Below, piece by piece: positions 1 to 8,904 of a DNA stretch of 64,000 bases (positions are counted from its first letter, which is position 1; each line of letters starts with the position of its first letter). Position numbers and translations under genes: made by a program. Under the pieces are notes generated by a model. That model made no database searches, was not told the origin of the DNA, and saw only the letters and a list, made by a program, of their open reading frames with translations. This DNA comes from Flavobacteriales bacterium (lineage in GTDB: Bacteria > Bacteroidota > Bacteroidia > Flavobacteriales > BACL11): the NCBI GenBank assembly GCA_002712715.1, contig PAUF01000007.1:514134-578133 (forward strand). Reading direction: 5' to 3'.

Positions 1-1
1 A

Positions 2-403
2 GGAATGAAACAAGAAAAATTTGGAAGAATTATTAATATTATTTCAACTTCTGTTAAAGCTCCAATTCCTGGACTAGGAGTTTCCAACACAATTAGAGCT
101 GCTGTAGCAAATTGGGCAAAAACATTATCTATTGAATTAGGTCCATATGGGATAACTGTTAACAATGTACTTCCAGGATTTACAAATACTAATAGACTTA
201 AAAGTCTGATTGAGAAAAAGTCACAAGTACAAGGTAAATCAATTGAAAATATCACTCAAATCATGCAATCTGAAGTTCCTGCAGGAAGGTTTGGAGAAGC
301 GACTGAAGTAGCTAATGCAGTTGCTTTCCTTAGCACAAAAGAAGCCGCATATATAAATGGAATCAATTTACCAGTAGATGGTGGAAGAACAAAAAGCTTA
401 TAG
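2..403 (+). CDS. Short-chain dehydrogenase/reductase (SDR) family protein, C-terminal fragment (5' end off-window)
   Basis: The ORF is open to the window start. The translation GRIINIISTSVK...ITVNNVLPGFTNT...YINGINLPVDGG is a typical SDR C-terminal half. Confidence 0.7.
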   Translation, partial: GMKQEKFGRIINIISTSVKAPIPGLGVSNTIRAAVANWAKTLSIELGPYGITVNNVLPGFTNTNRLKSLIEKKSQVQGKSIENITQIMQSEVPAGRFGEATEVANAVAFLSTKEAAYINGINLPVDGGRTKSL

Positions 404-404
404 G

Positions 405-1847
405 ATGAAAAAAATTTTAAATTATATTGATGGTGAATTAATTGAACCGATTAACGGGGAATATTTAGACAATTTCAATCCTTCTACAGGTAAAGTATAT
501 TCTGTAGTACCAGATAGTGATCATGATGATATAAATAAAGCGGTAAAGGCAGCGCAAATAGCATATAATGAATGGAGTCAAACATCAAAAGAATATCGAT
601 CTGAAATGCTCTTGAAATTAGCAAATATATTAGAACTGCATACTCAAGAATTTATTGAGGCTGAAAGTAAAGACAACGGCAAACCTGAAACTTTAGCTGC
701 AAAAGTTGACTTACCTAGAGCGTTAACTAACCTTAGATTTTTCGCTTCTGCAATTCTACATGACAGCTCGGAAATGCATGATATGGATGGAGAAGCGATT
801 AATTATACATTAAGACAACCAATAGGTGTAGCGGCATGTATTTCAGCTTGGAACCTTCCAATATATTTACTTACTTGGAAAATAGCTCCAGCTCTTGCTA
901 CTGGGAATACTGTTGTTGCAAAACCTTCTGAAATTACACCCATGACAGCATATCTTTTTAGTAAAGTATGTATTGAAGCTGGACTTCCAAAAGGAGTTTT
1001 AAATATTGTTCATGGTGCCGGAAAGAAAGTAGGGGACCCATTAACTTCTCACCCTGATGTGCCAGTCGTATCATTCACTGGAGGTACTGCAACAGGACAA
1101 CATATATCAAGCATTACATCACCCATGTTCAAAAAACTATCTTTAGAATTAGGAGGAAAAAATCCAAATATTATATTTGATGACGCTGACTTCGAAAAAT
1201 CAGTTAGTTTCGCTTCTAGAGCCGCATTTACTAATCAAGGTCAAATATGCTTATGTGGATCAAGATTATTTATTCATGAAAAAATATATGAAAAATTCAA
1301 AAAAGCTTTAATTCAAAAAGCCTCTAAGCTAAATATTGGAAACCCTAGGTCAGCTGATTCTAATCTTGGAGCTGTTGTTTCAAAAGATCATATGAACAAA
1401 ATTTTATCTAAAATAAAAGAAGCTGAAAAATTGGGAGGAAAAATACTCTTAGGAGGAACTAGAAAGATTCTTCAAGGCGATCTAAAAGAGGGTTACTACA
1501 TTAATCCAACTATTATTGAAGGATTAGATTACAAATGTTCAATAAATCAAGAAGAAATTTTTGGACCTGTTGTTTCAATTATTCCATTTAAAGACGAAGA
1601 ACAAGTAATAACAATGGCTAATTCGACTAAATACGGCCTCTCCGCTTCAATTTTCACTGAAAATATTAGTAAAGCTCATAGGGTAGCTGCAAAAATTGAC
1701 TCTGGAGTAATATGGATTAATACATGGCTTCTTAGAGATTTAAGAATTCCTTTTGGAGGAATGAAGCACTCTGGTATTGGCAGAGAGGGTGGCTTTAATT
1801 CTCTAAGATTTTTTACAGAACCAAAAAATATATGTATTAAATTATGA
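405..1847 (+). CDS. NAD-dependent aldehyde dehydrogenase, probably 2-aminomuconate-6-semialdehyde dehydrogenase
   Basis: It has the ALDH motifs ELGGKNP and FTNQGQICLCGSR (catalytic Cys). It lies inside the kynurenine operon. I place the start at ATG 405 (MKKILNYIDGE), 1 nt after the upstream TAG, rather than at ORF-track 378. Confidence 0.75.
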   Translation: MKKILNYIDGELIEPINGEYLDNFNPSTGKVYSVVPDSDHDDINKAVKAAQIAYNEWSQTSKEYRSEMLLKLANILELHTQEFIEAESKDNGKPETLAAKVDLPRALTNLRFFASAILHDSSEMHDMDGEAINYTLRQPIGVAACISAWNLPIYLLTWKIAPALATGNTVVAKPSEITPMTAYLFSKVCIEAGLPKGVLNIVHGAGKKVGDPLTSHPDVPVVSFTGGTATGQHISSITSPMFKKLSLELGGKNPNIIFDDADFEKSVSFASRAAFTNQGQICLCGSRLFIHEKIYEKFKKALIQKASKLNIGNPRSADSNLGAVVSKDHMNKILSKIKEAEKLGGKILLGGTRKILQGDLKEGYYINPTIIEGLDYKCSINQEEIFGPVVSIIPFKDEEQVITMANSTKYGLSASIFTENISKAHRVAAKIDSGVIWINTWLLRDLRIPFGGMKHSGIGREGGFNSLRFFTEPKNICIKL

Positions 1848-2260
1848 ATGGACAAAAATTTAACTCATCAAGAGCTCCACAAGCTGTTGGACTTTATCCT
1901 CATGCAAGGAAGGTTGGAAACTTGCTTTTCCTTTCTGGTGTTGGCCCAAGGAAATTTGGTCAAAATAAAATTCCTGGAGTTACACTTAATGACCAAGGTA
2001 ATATAATTAGTTATGACATTAAACAACAATGTCATTCTGTTTTTGAAAACATTAAATATATCTTAGAAGATGCCGGATCTGCATGGGAAAACATTATTGA
2101 CGTTCAAGTATTTTTGACAAACATGAAAAATGACTTTAAAATTTATAATGAAATATACGCTGAATATTTTAAAGAAAATCAACCATGTAGAACAACAATT
2201 GAAATCAATAGTTTACCTACGCCAATAGCAATAGAATTAAAAGTAATAGCGACTATTTAA
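1844..2260 (+). CDS. RidA/YjgF-family protein (candidate 2-aminomuconate deaminase)
   Basis: The 138-aa size and RidA-like sequence fit the family. A 4-nt ATGA overlap couples it to the upstream ALDH. The specific role is inferred from operon context only. Confidence 0.6.
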   Translation: MNGQKFNSSRAPQAVGLYPHARKVGNLLFLSGVGPRKFGQNKIPGVTLNDQGNIISYDIKQQCHSVFENIKYILEDAGSAWENIIDVQVFLTNMKNDFKIYNEIYAEYFKENQPCRTTIEINSLPTPIAIELKVIATI

Positions 2261-2271
2261 AAATTAAAATC

Positions 2272-2799
2272 ATGGATATACAAAAACCTTTTAACTTACA
2301 AAAATGGATTGATGAAAATAGACATCATCTTAAACCTCCTGTTGGAAATAAAAATCTATATATTGAATCGGGAGATTATATAGTTATGATAGTTGCCGGA
2401 CCGAACGCAAGGAAAGACTATCACTATAACGAAACAGAAGAATTGTTTTATCAAATAGAGGGTGATATTATTGTTAAAACCCAACAAAATGGCAAATTAG
2501 TTGAGTATGAAATAAAAGAAGGAGACATGTTTCTTTTACCTGCAAAAATACCCCACTCTCCAGTGAGGTCAGCCGGATCAATAGGATTAGTGATTGAAAA
2601 GAAAAGAAATTCTAATCATAAAGATGGGCTTATGTGGTTTTCAGATACAGCTAATGAACTACTATATGAAGAATATTTTAATCTCACTAACATAGAAAAA
2701 GACTTTCTTCCTGTTTTTAAAAAGTTTTACTCTGATGAAAAATTAAGAACCTGCCCAAAAACTGGGGAAGTTATGGAAGTAGACAAAAGATATATTTAA
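2272..2799 (+). CDS. 3-hydroxyanthranilate 3,4-dioxygenase
   Basis: Cupin sequence blocks KPPVGNKNLY, VAGPNARKDYHYNETEELFYQIEGD and FLLPAKIPHSPVR match the conserved HAAO signature. Confidence 0.9.
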   Translation: MDIQKPFNLQKWIDENRHHLKPPVGNKNLYIESGDYIVMIVAGPNARKDYHYNETEELFYQIEGDIIVKTQQNGKLVEYEIKEGDMFLLPAKIPHSPVRSAGSIGLVIEKKRNSNHKDGLMWFSDTANELLYEEYFNLTNIEKDFLPVFKKFYSDEKLRTCPKTGEVMEVDKRYI

Positions 2800-2831
2800 A
2801 ATAAATCTGTTCTTAATATATATTTATAATT

Positions 2832-3869
2832 ATGCGTATAAATGGACACGGACATATTCTACCAGAACCTTCTCAGATTCCTAAGTTTATGAGGAAAAAG
2901 AAACTTTTTTGGATAGATGAAGACAAAAAATTTATGAGACAAGGAAATTGGTCAAGGCCAATTAATGGAACAGGATTTTTCATTGATGAAAAATTAGATT
3001 GGATGAAACAACACAATATAGATCATGGAGTTATGTTATCATTGTCTCAACTATACTGCAATGGATGGAAAAAAAACGATTGCCAAGATGTTATTAGTTT
3101 TCAAAATAATTTCAATGCATCTATTCAAGAAAATCATACAGAAAAATTCACATGCGGATTTGTGGTACAACCATTGTATACGGAACAAGCCCTAAAAGAA
3201 ATTGAGCGATGTGTAAATGATCTTAATCTTAAACTATTATGTCTGCCAACTCACTACATTAACAAAAACGGAGATTGGATGTCCACTGCAGAAAAAGAAG
3301 TTGATCCAATTTTTCAATTAGCTAATGAATATAAATTAGCGGTGCAAATTCACCCATATGATGGAGAAAAAATGATTGCTCTAAAAAACGCATATTGGAG
3401 ATTTCATTTAATATGGATGATGGCTCAATGTGCAGACACATTACATTTATTTACATTAAGAGATTTACCTAACAAATATCCAAATATTCGAACTTGTTTT
3501 GCTCATGGTGGAATGCTAGGGATAGCAAACTATGGTAGAAGAATTCAGGGTTTTGATGGACGTCCAGATATATTTGAAAATTTAGAAGACCCTCGAAAAA
3601 CCTTAGGTCATAAAAATTTATATTTTGACACATTAGTACATGACTCACACACATTAGATTTAATAAAAAAACGAGTGGGTTCAAATCAACTAATAATGGG
3701 TTTAGATGACCCTTTTCCATTAGGTGAAATTGATGGAGTTGGAACCTCATATCCGGGAAGAGTATTAGACTACGCAATTCAAGTAGGAATATTTTCTAAA
3801 CAAGAAGGAAAAGATATTTGGCATAAAAACATTTTAAATTGGTTAGGCAAGGATATTATTAAGAGATGA
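2832..3869 (+). CDS. 2-amino-3-carboxymuconate-6-semialdehyde decarboxylase (ACMSD, amidohydrolase_2 family)
   Basis: The N-terminal metal motif MRINGHGHILP (HxH) and a length of about 345 aa fit the family, as does its position between the HAAO and formamidase genes. Confidence 0.75.
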   Translation: MRINGHGHILPEPSQIPKFMRKKKLFWIDEDKKFMRQGNWSRPINGTGFFIDEKLDWMKQHNIDHGVMLSLSQLYCNGWKKNDCQDVISFQNNFNASIQENHTEKFTCGFVVQPLYTEQALKEIERCVNDLNLKLLCLPTHYINKNGDWMSTAEKEVDPIFQLANEYKLAVQIHPYDGEKMIALKNAYWRFHLIWMMAQCADTLHLFTLRDLPNKYPNIRTCFAHGGMLGIANYGRRIQGFDGRPDIFENLEDPRKTLGHKNLYFDTLVHDSHTLDLIKKRVGSNQLIMGLDDPFPLGEIDGVGTSYPGRVLDYAIQVGIFSKQEGKDIWHKNILNWLGKDIIKR

Positions 3870-4666
3870 AAGCCATAATTAAAATAAAAAAAAATAATTA
3901 TGAAGTAGACTTCTCTAAAGGAAATGATATTTCTATTCCCATGATCTTTAACGGAGAACAACCTAATACTTATAATGTCAACAAAGCAGTGTCTAAGCCA
4001 TATAAGGATGGCAATTTCATTGGAGATACTCGTAAAGGTGGTCCTTGCAATTTTGAAACATACACATTAACTCCACATTGTAATGGAACTCATACAGAAT
4101 GTATAGGCCATATAACAAAAGAAAGAATTTCAATTTTAAATTCATTAAAAAAAGAACTGTTTGCATCAACATTAATTAGTATTATTCCAGAAAATTCAAA
4201 AGAAAATTATTATCCAATTCTAAATGAAAATGATAAGATTATTTCAAAGAAAATATTAGAAGAAAAATTAACTGAAATAAAACCTGAATTTTTAGAAGGA
4301 TTGATTATTAGAACATTGCCTAACAAGGTGAAAAAAAAGAATAGAAATTATATTGAAAATCCACCCTGTTTTCTTTCAATAGACGCTATGGAATATATTG
4401 TTCAGTTAGGAGTTCAACATTTACTAGTAGATATTCCATCTGTTGATAGACTTTTTGATGATGGAATACTATCTTCCCACAACATATTTTGGAAAACTAA
4501 AGAGAAGAAATTTAATGAAGAAACTATTAACAAAACTATTACTGAAATGATTTTTGTTCCTAATAAAATTTCTGATGGAACATACATTACAAACCTTCAG
4601 TGCGCTCCATTTGATTCAGACGCTTCTCCAAGTAGACCTATTTTATACAAAATCCATGGAATATAA
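3866..4666 (+). CDS. kynB: Cyclase-family protein, probable kynurenine formamidase
   Basis: The motif HCNGTHTECIGH resembles the cyclase/KynB HxGTHxDxPxH motif but deviates from it (extra residue, E for D). A 4-nt overlap couples it to ACMSD, and it sits in the operon. Confidence 0.55.
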   Translation: MKAIIKIKKNNYEVDFSKGNDISIPMIFNGEQPNTYNVNKAVSKPYKDGNFIGDTRKGGPCNFETYTLTPHCNGTHTECIGHITKERISILNSLKKELFASTLISIIPENSKENYYPILNENDKIISKKILEEKLTEIKPEFLEGLIIRTLPNKVKKKNRNYIENPPCFLSIDAMEYIVQLGVQHLLVDIPSVDRLFDDGILSSHNIFWKTKEKKFNEETINKTITEMIFVPNKISDGTYITNLQCAPFDSDASPSRPILYKIHGI

Positions 4667-5909
4667 AACAACCAAAGAGTACGCGAAAAATCTAGATAGA
4701 AAAGATACGTTAGCAAAATACCGAAATCAATTTCATATCCCACTACAAAAAAATGGAGAGGAATATATATACTTTTGCGGTAACTCATTGGGATTGCAGC
4801 CAAAAAAAACCAAAGAATATGTGGATCAAGAAATTATTGACTGGGCAAATCTTGGAGTTGAAGGGCATCTAAACGCTAAAAACCCTTGGCTTCCATATCA
4901 TGAATTTTTAAGCTCAGGCTACGCAAATTTACTTGGAGCTAAAGCATCTGAAGTAATTGCAATGAATACCTTGACAGTTAATCTTCATTTAATGATGATT
5001 TCCTTCTATAATCCTACCAAAGAAAAATTCAAAATCATAATTGAATCAGACGCCTTTCCCTCAGATATTTATGCTGTAGAATCTCAAATCAGACTTCATA
5101 ATTTAGATATAAATAAATCCTTAATTAAAATTAAACCTAGAGAAGGAGAAACGGTAATAAGAATTCAAGATATAGAAAACCTTATTGAAAAAGAAGGTGA
5201 TAAAACGACGCTTATTTTATTAGGAGGAGTCAACTATTACACTGGACAAGTTTTCGAGATGAAAAAAATCACAGAACAAGCTCAAAAGAAGAATATAAAA
5301 GTAGGTTTTGACTTGGCTCATGCTATTGGAAACATTAGATTAAATCTACACAAATGGGGAGTAGATTTTGCAGTTTGGTGCTCATATAAATATCTCAACT
5401 CTGGTCCTGGATCTATTGGAGGAGCGTATATACATGAAAAACATCACTCCGCTCATCTTCCTAGACTTTGTGGGTGGTGGGGTCATAATAAAGATGATAG
5501 ATTTAAAATGCCTAAAAAGTTTAATCCAATACAAACAGCAGAAGGATGGCAATTAAGCAACCCTCCGATTTTATCATTAGCAGCTATAAGATCATCACTT
5601 AGTATATTCGATGAAGTTAGCATGGAAAAACTAATAGTTAAATCAAAAAACCAATCTAAATATCTTAGAGATTTACTGAAAACAATAAATACCGAAAGAA
5701 TAGAAATTATAACACCTGAGGATAGCGGATGTCAAACATCGATTCGAGTAAAATATGGGAATAAACTATTATACGAGAAAATCTCGGAGGAAGGCATTAT
5801 TGCTGACTGGAGAGAACCTGATGTTATTCGAATAGCTCCTGTACCTCTTTATAATTCTTATTTAGATATATATAAATTTTATAAGATTTTACATAAATTA
5901 ATTAAATGA
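4656..5909 (+). CDS. kynU: Kynureninase (PLP-dependent)
   Basis: It has the signature WCSYKYLNSGPG (PLP-Lys) and the N-terminus MEYKTTKEYAKNLDRKDTLAKYRNQFHIP. I place the start at ATG 4656. The ORF-track extension from 4554 lies inside the upstream gene. Confidence 0.9.
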   Translation: MEYKTTKEYAKNLDRKDTLAKYRNQFHIPLQKNGEEYIYFCGNSLGLQPKKTKEYVDQEIIDWANLGVEGHLNAKNPWLPYHEFLSSGYANLLGAKASEVIAMNTLTVNLHLMMISFYNPTKEKFKIIIESDAFPSDIYAVESQIRLHNLDINKSLIKIKPREGETVIRIQDIENLIEKEGDKTTLILLGGVNYYTGQVFEMKKITEQAQKKNIKVGFDLAHAIGNIRLNLHKWGVDFAVWCSYKYLNSGPGSIGGAYIHEKHHSAHLPRLCGWWGHNKDDRFKMPKKFNPIQTAEGWQLSNPPILSLAAIRSSLSIFDEVSMEKLIVKSKNQSKYLRDLLKTINTERIEIITPEDSGCQTSIRVKYGNKLLYEKISEEGIIADWREPDVIRIAPVPLYNSYLDIYKFYKILHKLIK

Positions 5910-7240
5910 AAAAACAAATAACAATTATTGGAGCGGGACTGGTAGGTTCATTGTGCTCATTATATATGAGCAAAAGAGGTTATGATGTAAATGTATTTGA
6001 AAGAAGAAGAGATCTAAGAAACGATAACATTTCTGCAGGAAAGTCAATTAATTTAGCTCTTTCTAAAAGAGGATGGACTGCGCTAGAAAGGGTAGGTGTA
6101 GATAAAGACGTAATGAAAATCGCGATTCCTGTATACAAAAGAATCATGCATGATAAAGATGGAAATTTAACACATCAACAATATGGAAAGAAAGATGAGG
6201 CAATATATTCAGTATCAAGATCTTTAATAAACCTATTGATGATGGATTTAGCAGAAAAAAACGGTGCTAAAATCTTCTTTAACGAAAAATGCGTAGACAT
6301 AAACTTCGAAAAAACTCAAGCTATATTTGAAAACACAAATACAAAAAAAACAACAATATCTGTATCTGATTTTATAATTGGTGCGGACGGAGCTTTTTCA
6401 GAAGTGAGAAAAAAAATGGTAGAGAAATTAAAACATGAATATAGGTATGATGAAATAGAACATGACTATAAAGAATTGTTAATACCCGCGGGGGAAAACA
6501 ATAAGTACCTAATGGATAAAAACGCGCTACATATATGGCCAAGAGGTAATTTTATGCTGATGGCCTTAGCAAATTTGGATGGGAGTTTCACATGCACACT
6601 ATTTGCTCCTAAAACAGGAAATAATTCATTCGAAAAACTAAAAGATCAAAAATCAGTAGAAAAATACTTTACAAAGAACTTTTTAGACTTTAGCCAAATA
6701 GTACCTGATTTATACGAACAATGGACAAATAACCCAACATCAAAATTAGGGATAATAAAAACGTATCCATGGCATAACAAAAATAATACAATTCTATTAG
6801 GAGACTCAGCTCATGCAACAGTACCATTCTACGGACAGGGTATGAACTGTGGATTTGAAGACTGCAGAATACTTGATGAACTATTAGAAAAACATGAAAA
6901 TATAGAAGAATGCTTTAATGAATATTCTCAAATCAGAAAACCTAATGGTGATGGTGTACAAGAATTATCGATGCACAACTTTATTGTAATGAGAGATAAA
7001 ACAGCAGATCCTAATTTCTTACTTCAAAAGAAAATAGAAAATAAATTTTCAAAAAAATACCCAGAATTATGGCAACCACTATATAGTATGGTTTCGTTTA
7101 CAAATATTGAGTACTCGAAAGCAATAAAAATAGGCGAAAAACAAGAAAATATTATGAAAACTATTATGCAAGAAAAGGATATTCATTTAAACTGGGACTC
7201 AGAAGAGACAATGAAAAAAATTAAATCACTAATTACTTAA
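5906..7240 (+). CDS. kmo: Kynurenine 3-monooxygenase (FAD-dependent)
   Basis: It has the FAD fingerprint IIGAGLVGS and the block GDSAHATVPFYGQGMNCGFEDC. A 4-nt overlap couples it to kynU. Confidence 0.9.
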   Translation: MKKQITIIGAGLVGSLCSLYMSKRGYDVNVFERRRDLRNDNISAGKSINLALSKRGWTALERVGVDKDVMKIAIPVYKRIMHDKDGNLTHQQYGKKDEAIYSVSRSLINLLMMDLAEKNGAKIFFNEKCVDINFEKTQAIFENTNTKKTTISVSDFIIGADGAFSEVRKKMVEKLKHEYRYDEIEHDYKELLIPAGENNKYLMDKNALHIWPRGNFMLMALANLDGSFTCTLFAPKTGNNSFEKLKDQKSVEKYFTKNFLDFSQIVPDLYEQWTNNPTSKLGIIKTYPWHNKNNTILLGDSAHATVPFYGQGMNCGFEDCRILDELLEKHENIEECFNEYSQIRKPNGDGVQELSMHNFIVMRDKTADPNFLLQKKIENKFSKKYPELWQPLYSMVSFTNIEYSKAIKIGEKQENIMKTIMQEKDIHLNWDSEETMKKIKSLIT

Positions 7241-7355
7241 TAATTCTCGCATTATATCGATTTTTGAGCAAAATAATTCGTTTTTAAGACATTTAATGTG
7301 AAAAAAACAGTTTTTTAAAAAATAATATTTCATAAATAATATGATTTATTACATA

Positions 7356-7458
7356 TTTTTTACACATTTTTAAAGGTTTTTTACACATTTTTACACATTT
7401 TTAAAGTTTTTTTACACATTTTTACACGTTTTTACACGTTTTTACACGTTTTTACACA
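7356..7458 (+). repeat. Direct array of 8 T-tract+ACAC(A/G) units at 10/21-bp spacing
   Basis: TTTTACACA occurs at 7358, 7379, 7389, 7410 and 7450. TTTTACACG occurs at 7420, 7430 and 7440. All copies are in the same orientation. Confidence 0.9.
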
Positions 7459-7920
7459 TTTTCAAAAGCTTTTTGAGGATTTAATAAAATCAAATTATGT
7501 TATTTACACTCATTTTAAAAAAATCGAAACATATTTTTAATATAATTAAATCATTTCTAACTAAATAAATATTAAAAAAGAAGAAGTAGAAAAAAATGAA
7601 TTTATTACATTTTTTTAAACTTTTCGTTCATTTTTTTACACTTTTAGTTAATTTTTTGACACTTTAGTCTGTTTTTCAACACTATATAGTGATTTTAAAC
7701 ATCTCTCTATCAAATAAAAATCAAAAAACTATTAATATTTACAATAACTGTAGCCTTAAAAAAATAAAAAATGACTAAAAAAAGCACAAAAAGCACAAAA
7801 AAACATTAAAAAAAACATTAAAATGAAAAAAAAAGACACATTAATAAAAATTATTAACATTTAATAAGTATTAAAGAAACCATTTTTATAAATATTTATA
7901 GTTAAATGATTTTTTGTAAT

Positions 7921-7928
7921 TATATTTG
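7921..7928 (+). promoter_or_regulatory. Bacteroidota-type -7 promoter box TATATTTG
   Basis: It matches TAnnTTTG and lies 21 nt upstream of ATG 7949. Confidence 0.4.
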
Positions 7929-7948
7929 AATAATAATTTCAAGACAAA

Positions 7949-8143
7949 ATGGAACAAATTGTAAAAATAATTTCATTCGTAGTACTATTCTTTTTAATAA
8001 ATTATCTTTTAATATTTTTTATTTATAACGTGGATCCATTTATTCATATGGGCGACTATCAATGGACATTAATTACCAGTATAGCTTCTTCTTTTTTAAT
8101 AACTAATTTTGTAGTTCTAAGAATTTTCAAGAATAAGAAATGA
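7949..8143 (+). CDS. Small hypothetical membrane protein (two predicted TM helices)
   Basis: The 64-aa ORF has two hydrophobic stretches. Its stop overlaps the next start (ATGA at 8140), and a -7 box lies upstream. Confidence 0.4.
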   Translation: MEQIVKIISFVVLFFLINYLLIFFIYNVDPFIHMGDYQWTLITSIASSFLITNFVVLRIFKNKK

Positions 8144-8904
8144 ATTTAAGAAAAATTATATTTCTATTACTAATTTCTGTCATTTCGTGTAAAATTCAAT
8201 CTTCACATAAAAACGACAATATAGAATTTGATAAGACAATAATTCTTCTATCCAAATCTTCTGAAAATTATACTAAATGGCTATATGATGAAAATACAAT
8301 ATTTATTGACGCCTACAATTCTGAAAATATTGATAGCATTTTATTGATCGCCGACGGAATAGTTTTAACTGGAGGAGAAGATATTAACCCAAAAGAATAT
8401 AATGACACTTTAAACATTCCTCTTTGTGGCACCATTAATTATAGGAGAGATACACTTGAAAGAACAATTTTTAACTATGCACTTAAATCAAAAATTCCAT
8501 TCGTAGGTATATGTAGGGGTATGCAAATGATGAATGTTGCATGCGGAGGAACCCTTTATGGTGACATACCTACACAAATTGGAAACAAAGTTACACATAG
8601 AAACAAAGGAGAAGTAATGCACGACATTTATTTAGTAGACACAAGCTCCTTAATTTTCCCTATTAAAACGAATACCTTTAACGTAAATTCATGGCATCAT
8701 CAAGGATTAAATTTGATTGCAGATAACATTAGAGTATTAGCAAGATCTTATGACGGCCTCCCTGAAGCGGTAATTATGAAAAAAAAGATACATCCATATA
8801 TGATAGCAGTTCAGTTTCATCCCGAAAGACTTGGTAATCAAAACATAATAAGCAAGACAATAAAAAAAAGTTTTTACAGAGCTATAAAACAACACAATGA
8901 TTGA
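8140..8904 (+). CDS. Peptidase C26 / class-I glutamine amidotransferase-like gamma-glutamyl hydrolase, with a lipoprotein-type signal
   Basis: It has the catalytic Cys block GICRGMQMMNVACGG and the His/Glu block VQFHPE. The N-terminus MNLRKIIFLLLISVISC looks like a lipoprotein signal peptide. Confidence 0.75.
   Translation: MNLRKIIFLLLISVISCKIQSSHKNDNIEFDKTIILLSKSSENYTKWLYDENTIFIDAYNSENIDSILLIADGIVLTGGEDINPKEYNDTLNIPLCGTINYRRDTLERTIFNYALKSKIPFVGICRGMQMMNVACGGTLYGDIPTQIGNKVTHRNKGEVMHDIYLVDTSSLIFPIKTNTFNVNSWHHQGLNLIADNIRVLARSYDGLPEAVIMKKKIHPYMIAVQFHPERLGNQNIISKTIKKSFYRAIKQHND

Larger units (their letters stand above)
7241..7948. other. 708-bp non-coding, extremely AT-rich island with arrays of phased short repeats. 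Candidate DnaA-box cluster/oriC-like or protein-array/curved-DNA regulatory region.
   Basis: The ORF track reports no ORF in this interval in any frame. It is the only long intergenic gap in the window. The repeats are detailed in the findings. Confidence 0.5.

Noticed and set aside
2-403. In the SDR fragment, the expected catalytic YxxxK seems to read S-N-T-I-R (…GVSNTIRAAVANWAKTL…), suggesting a non-canonical or inactive SDR
   Set aside because: The alignment was done by eye on a truncated protein whose N-terminal half is off-window. It cannot be trusted without the full sequence and a proper alignment.
4554-4655. A 34-codon N-terminal extension of the kynureninase ORF
   Set aside because: It lies inside the 3' end of the formamidase gene and looks like frame-shifted junk (MFLIKFLMEHTLQ...). 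The conserved kynureninase N-terminus begins at ATG 4656.
7356-7458. Could the short direct repeats be a CRISPR array?
   Set aside because: The units are only 10 bp, and there are no unique spacers of 25-40 bp, no leader or cas genes nearby, and the repeats are contiguous.
7241-7948. A confident oriC call
   Set aside because: No dnaA or dnaN is adjacent. The left-flank genes are transcribed toward the island, and a long minus-strand block lies to its right. I cannot compute genome-wide skew from one window. I kept it as a hypothesis only.
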